This document shows positions 61,601-64,000 of a DNA stretch of 64,000 nucleotides, piece by piece; within the stretch, counting starts at the first letter, position 1, and every line of letters begins with the position of its first letter. The position numbers and the translations under genes are program-made. Below the pieces are notes generated by a model. It had not been told where the DNA came from, did no database searches, and saw only the letters and a list, made by a program, of their open reading frames with translations. This DNA is from Podarcis erhardii. Taxonomy: Eukaryota. The stretch lies in NCBI GenBank assembly GCA_964252035.1, contig OZ176202.1; one strand, 5' to 3'.

Positions 61601-64000
61601 CATGGAGCACTGGAATGGGATAATGTGCTCTAGTTAGAGCCAATTCATGCTTCATGCAATGCAGTAAGTACACTGGTGTGATATTTTCAGTGGCACATTC
61701 CATGAAGTTGTAGTTCACTGTGGTATCCCAGTTTATTTCCATCATATGTTTCCCCTTCACACTTGTAACATTTTATTTTATGGTTATAAAATATTCAGAA
61801 AAATATCCTGACATGAAAAAATCCATGTATATATAATGATTTAGTATATGTTATTTGTAGTTTGATTAGTTTGTCAGATTTTTTAAAATGATTTTGTAGG
61901 TTATATTGGCTTAACACCAAATTAGTTATTGTGTATGTTACTACTATGGGTATTCCACTTTTGGTGTTTTATAGCTCCTATTTTGGAACTGTGAAGTTTG
62001 TTGTTCTTAGTGTTAATAAAAATCATATTAAAAAAAGAAAAGAAAATGAAAGCAATAAAATATCACACACACAAAAACACAGCTATGAAGTGTCAGGAGG
62101 TCCTACACACAAGTAGGGGTCTGACAGAGGCACATGTCCGACTGGCATGTTCTCTCCCTCCTGGTTGTTCGTTCGGGAGGTTCAAAAGCTTTCTCCAGCC
62201 CAAACATCACAGCAACTGATACCAAGAGGCATCAGCATGCTTCAGGATCGGCAGAGTATAGGCAGTCAGTGTACAGACTCAGTAGCGCAGCTTTTGGCTA
62301 TACTATGTTTATTTACATATACACACTCGAAGCATCTTGACTCAGCTCCTTCCTCTTCAGCATCAGACAGCAAAGAGAGAGAACAAAGGACAAAAATCCT
62401 ATATCACAGAAACACAGTAACAAAAACATCCTGTCTCCGTCACTTCCCACAATGTGGAATGAAAACATACACCATCATGTGATAAAAACAATCCCATGAC
62501 TGCAACACAAGGAATGAATCCTAACATGAATGCATAAAAGCAAGCGAAATAGAATGCATAAAAGCAAGCTAAATAGAGAAATTCAGACCTTTATAACCAG
62601 CCCTCAGAACTCTCCACACCCTTCTCAAATGCCTTTGCCTGTCCTAAGCATGTCCTTAGAATGTGATAGTGCTGCTTATTGCCATGGCAAAGCAATATGA
62701 GGCCTCCTAGAGGGTACCTGTACATTGTGCTTCATTTTCCTAAGAGGGCTAGAGATTTGCTTTTTTTGAAAAAATTAAAGTTCAAAGCCTGTATGTAGTT
62801 AATTACAAACCTGTATGTTTTAATATAGCAATCAGTTTTAATATGAATTTGAAATAGAGAACGTGATTTAAAATCAGTAATTCAAAATAGATCCCTTTTC
62901 TTAATTCATGGTTTAAACCCACCCCAGTTGTAGTTCTATTTTTCTTATTTCTATTTGCTTATGGTAACTCATCATAATAAAGCTAAGTTGAATTCTACTC
63001 AATCCTTTGCTTATAGCTCTCTCCCCCCCCCCCCGCAACCACTTTACCATATAATTAAAGAAATGGCAGGAACACATTTTGGCAAGTAATTTGCACAATA
63101 CTACGTCATATCTTGATTTTGCAACCCACAATGATCAATGCCAAGTAGAGAGTAATGGTTGATTTAATCCACACCCTTGTATAATTTGGCTGACAATACT
63201 TCCTTTATCCCAAAGGCGCAGCAGTAATTATCCTAACATATACCAATTTCACATAAATATGAGTTATGTTCACTTGATAAAGCTTTGGAATCTTCAAAGT
63301 TTTGCAGCTATTGTGCTCAGTATTCTACATTTCCCCAGTTAAATATTTTAATTAACATGCCTAGAAAAAAACATGAAAAAACATGAAAAAAGAACACATA
63401 ATGGAGGAATCTGTGCGGTCTTGATTTCAACGTAAACAGATTAAGTAAGCCAAAAATTTAAAAGGCATGTTACTTGACATTTGCACTATTACTTTTAGAA
63501 AATTATCAGTCAACTAGAGGAATCTGGAAAGTCATATTTTTTAAAAAAAACAACCAACCAAATTGGGGGGGGGGGAATAGCCAAATTGCTGTCATTACAG
63601 AAATAGCCATATAATGTTAAATTAACATTATCTTTAGCACATGCTAAACCATCTTTGTGATTAGAAGATCCCATTTAGAATTTTGTGTTTAAAAACCCAA
63701 TCAGTTTTGTTAATCTTTTCATAAGGACAAACATGCCCTTTTATAACTTTCCGGTTGGTTCAGATCTCACTTTTTGCTACACTTCTTTTCTGGAAAGCAA
63801 GATTCGGTAGTTTTCCTGGGCATTAGTTGAGTTGCCTTTAGGCAGCTCTAAATTATGCTTAGCTGAACTGAGTCTCCCCAGTCCTAAGAAAGAGGAAACA
63901 TTTCTAGAGGTTAGTTGTTCTGACTGAGGAAATGATCCCATGTGGTTAACTCCTGAATCATGTCCAGATATAGCATAGGACCTGTCTAAAAGTAATAAAC

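Noticed and set aside
55000-64000. Search for the next upstream AHI1 exon (human ...LTAQEILHQFGF...)
   Set aside because: No matching peptide with splice sites was found. It probably lies beyond the window end. ORFs at 60609-60845 and 62134-62482 show no AHI1 similarity.

Overview
Vertebrate genomic DNA from a squamate, most likely a lacertid lizard, judged from a full-length Sauria SINE, a BovB LINE end and lizard-type MITE families. It is intron- and repeat-rich with no long ORF genes. Two genes point toward each other. The 3' end of MYB (c-Myb) is on the + strand: penultimate exon 1418-1525, last coding exon 7966-8082, 3'UTR to about 9460. The 3' end of AHI1 (Jouberin) is on the - strand: six frame-consistent exons between 54983 and 40902, including the SH3 exon. 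About 31 kb of intergenic DNA lies between them. Main observations: (i) an in-frame 72-nt AHI1 exon with no counterpart in the human exon structure as I recall it, with a Tigger-type MITE inserted 9 nt from its acceptor AG; (ii) a dense GATA/RUNX/PU.1/MYB motif cluster overlapping the AHI1 SH3 exon, a candidate dual-use MYB enhancer; (iii) a TA-flanked Tc2-like MITE carrying seven ~119-bp units, each made of two hairpins, with compensatory base changes between unit types; (iv) five miR-150 seed matches in the MYB 3'UTR; (v) a 66-bp near-perfect inverted repeat inside an LTR-like element. Gene identity rests on my recall of the human proteins. All regulatory and repeat-family calls are motif or recall based and untested.
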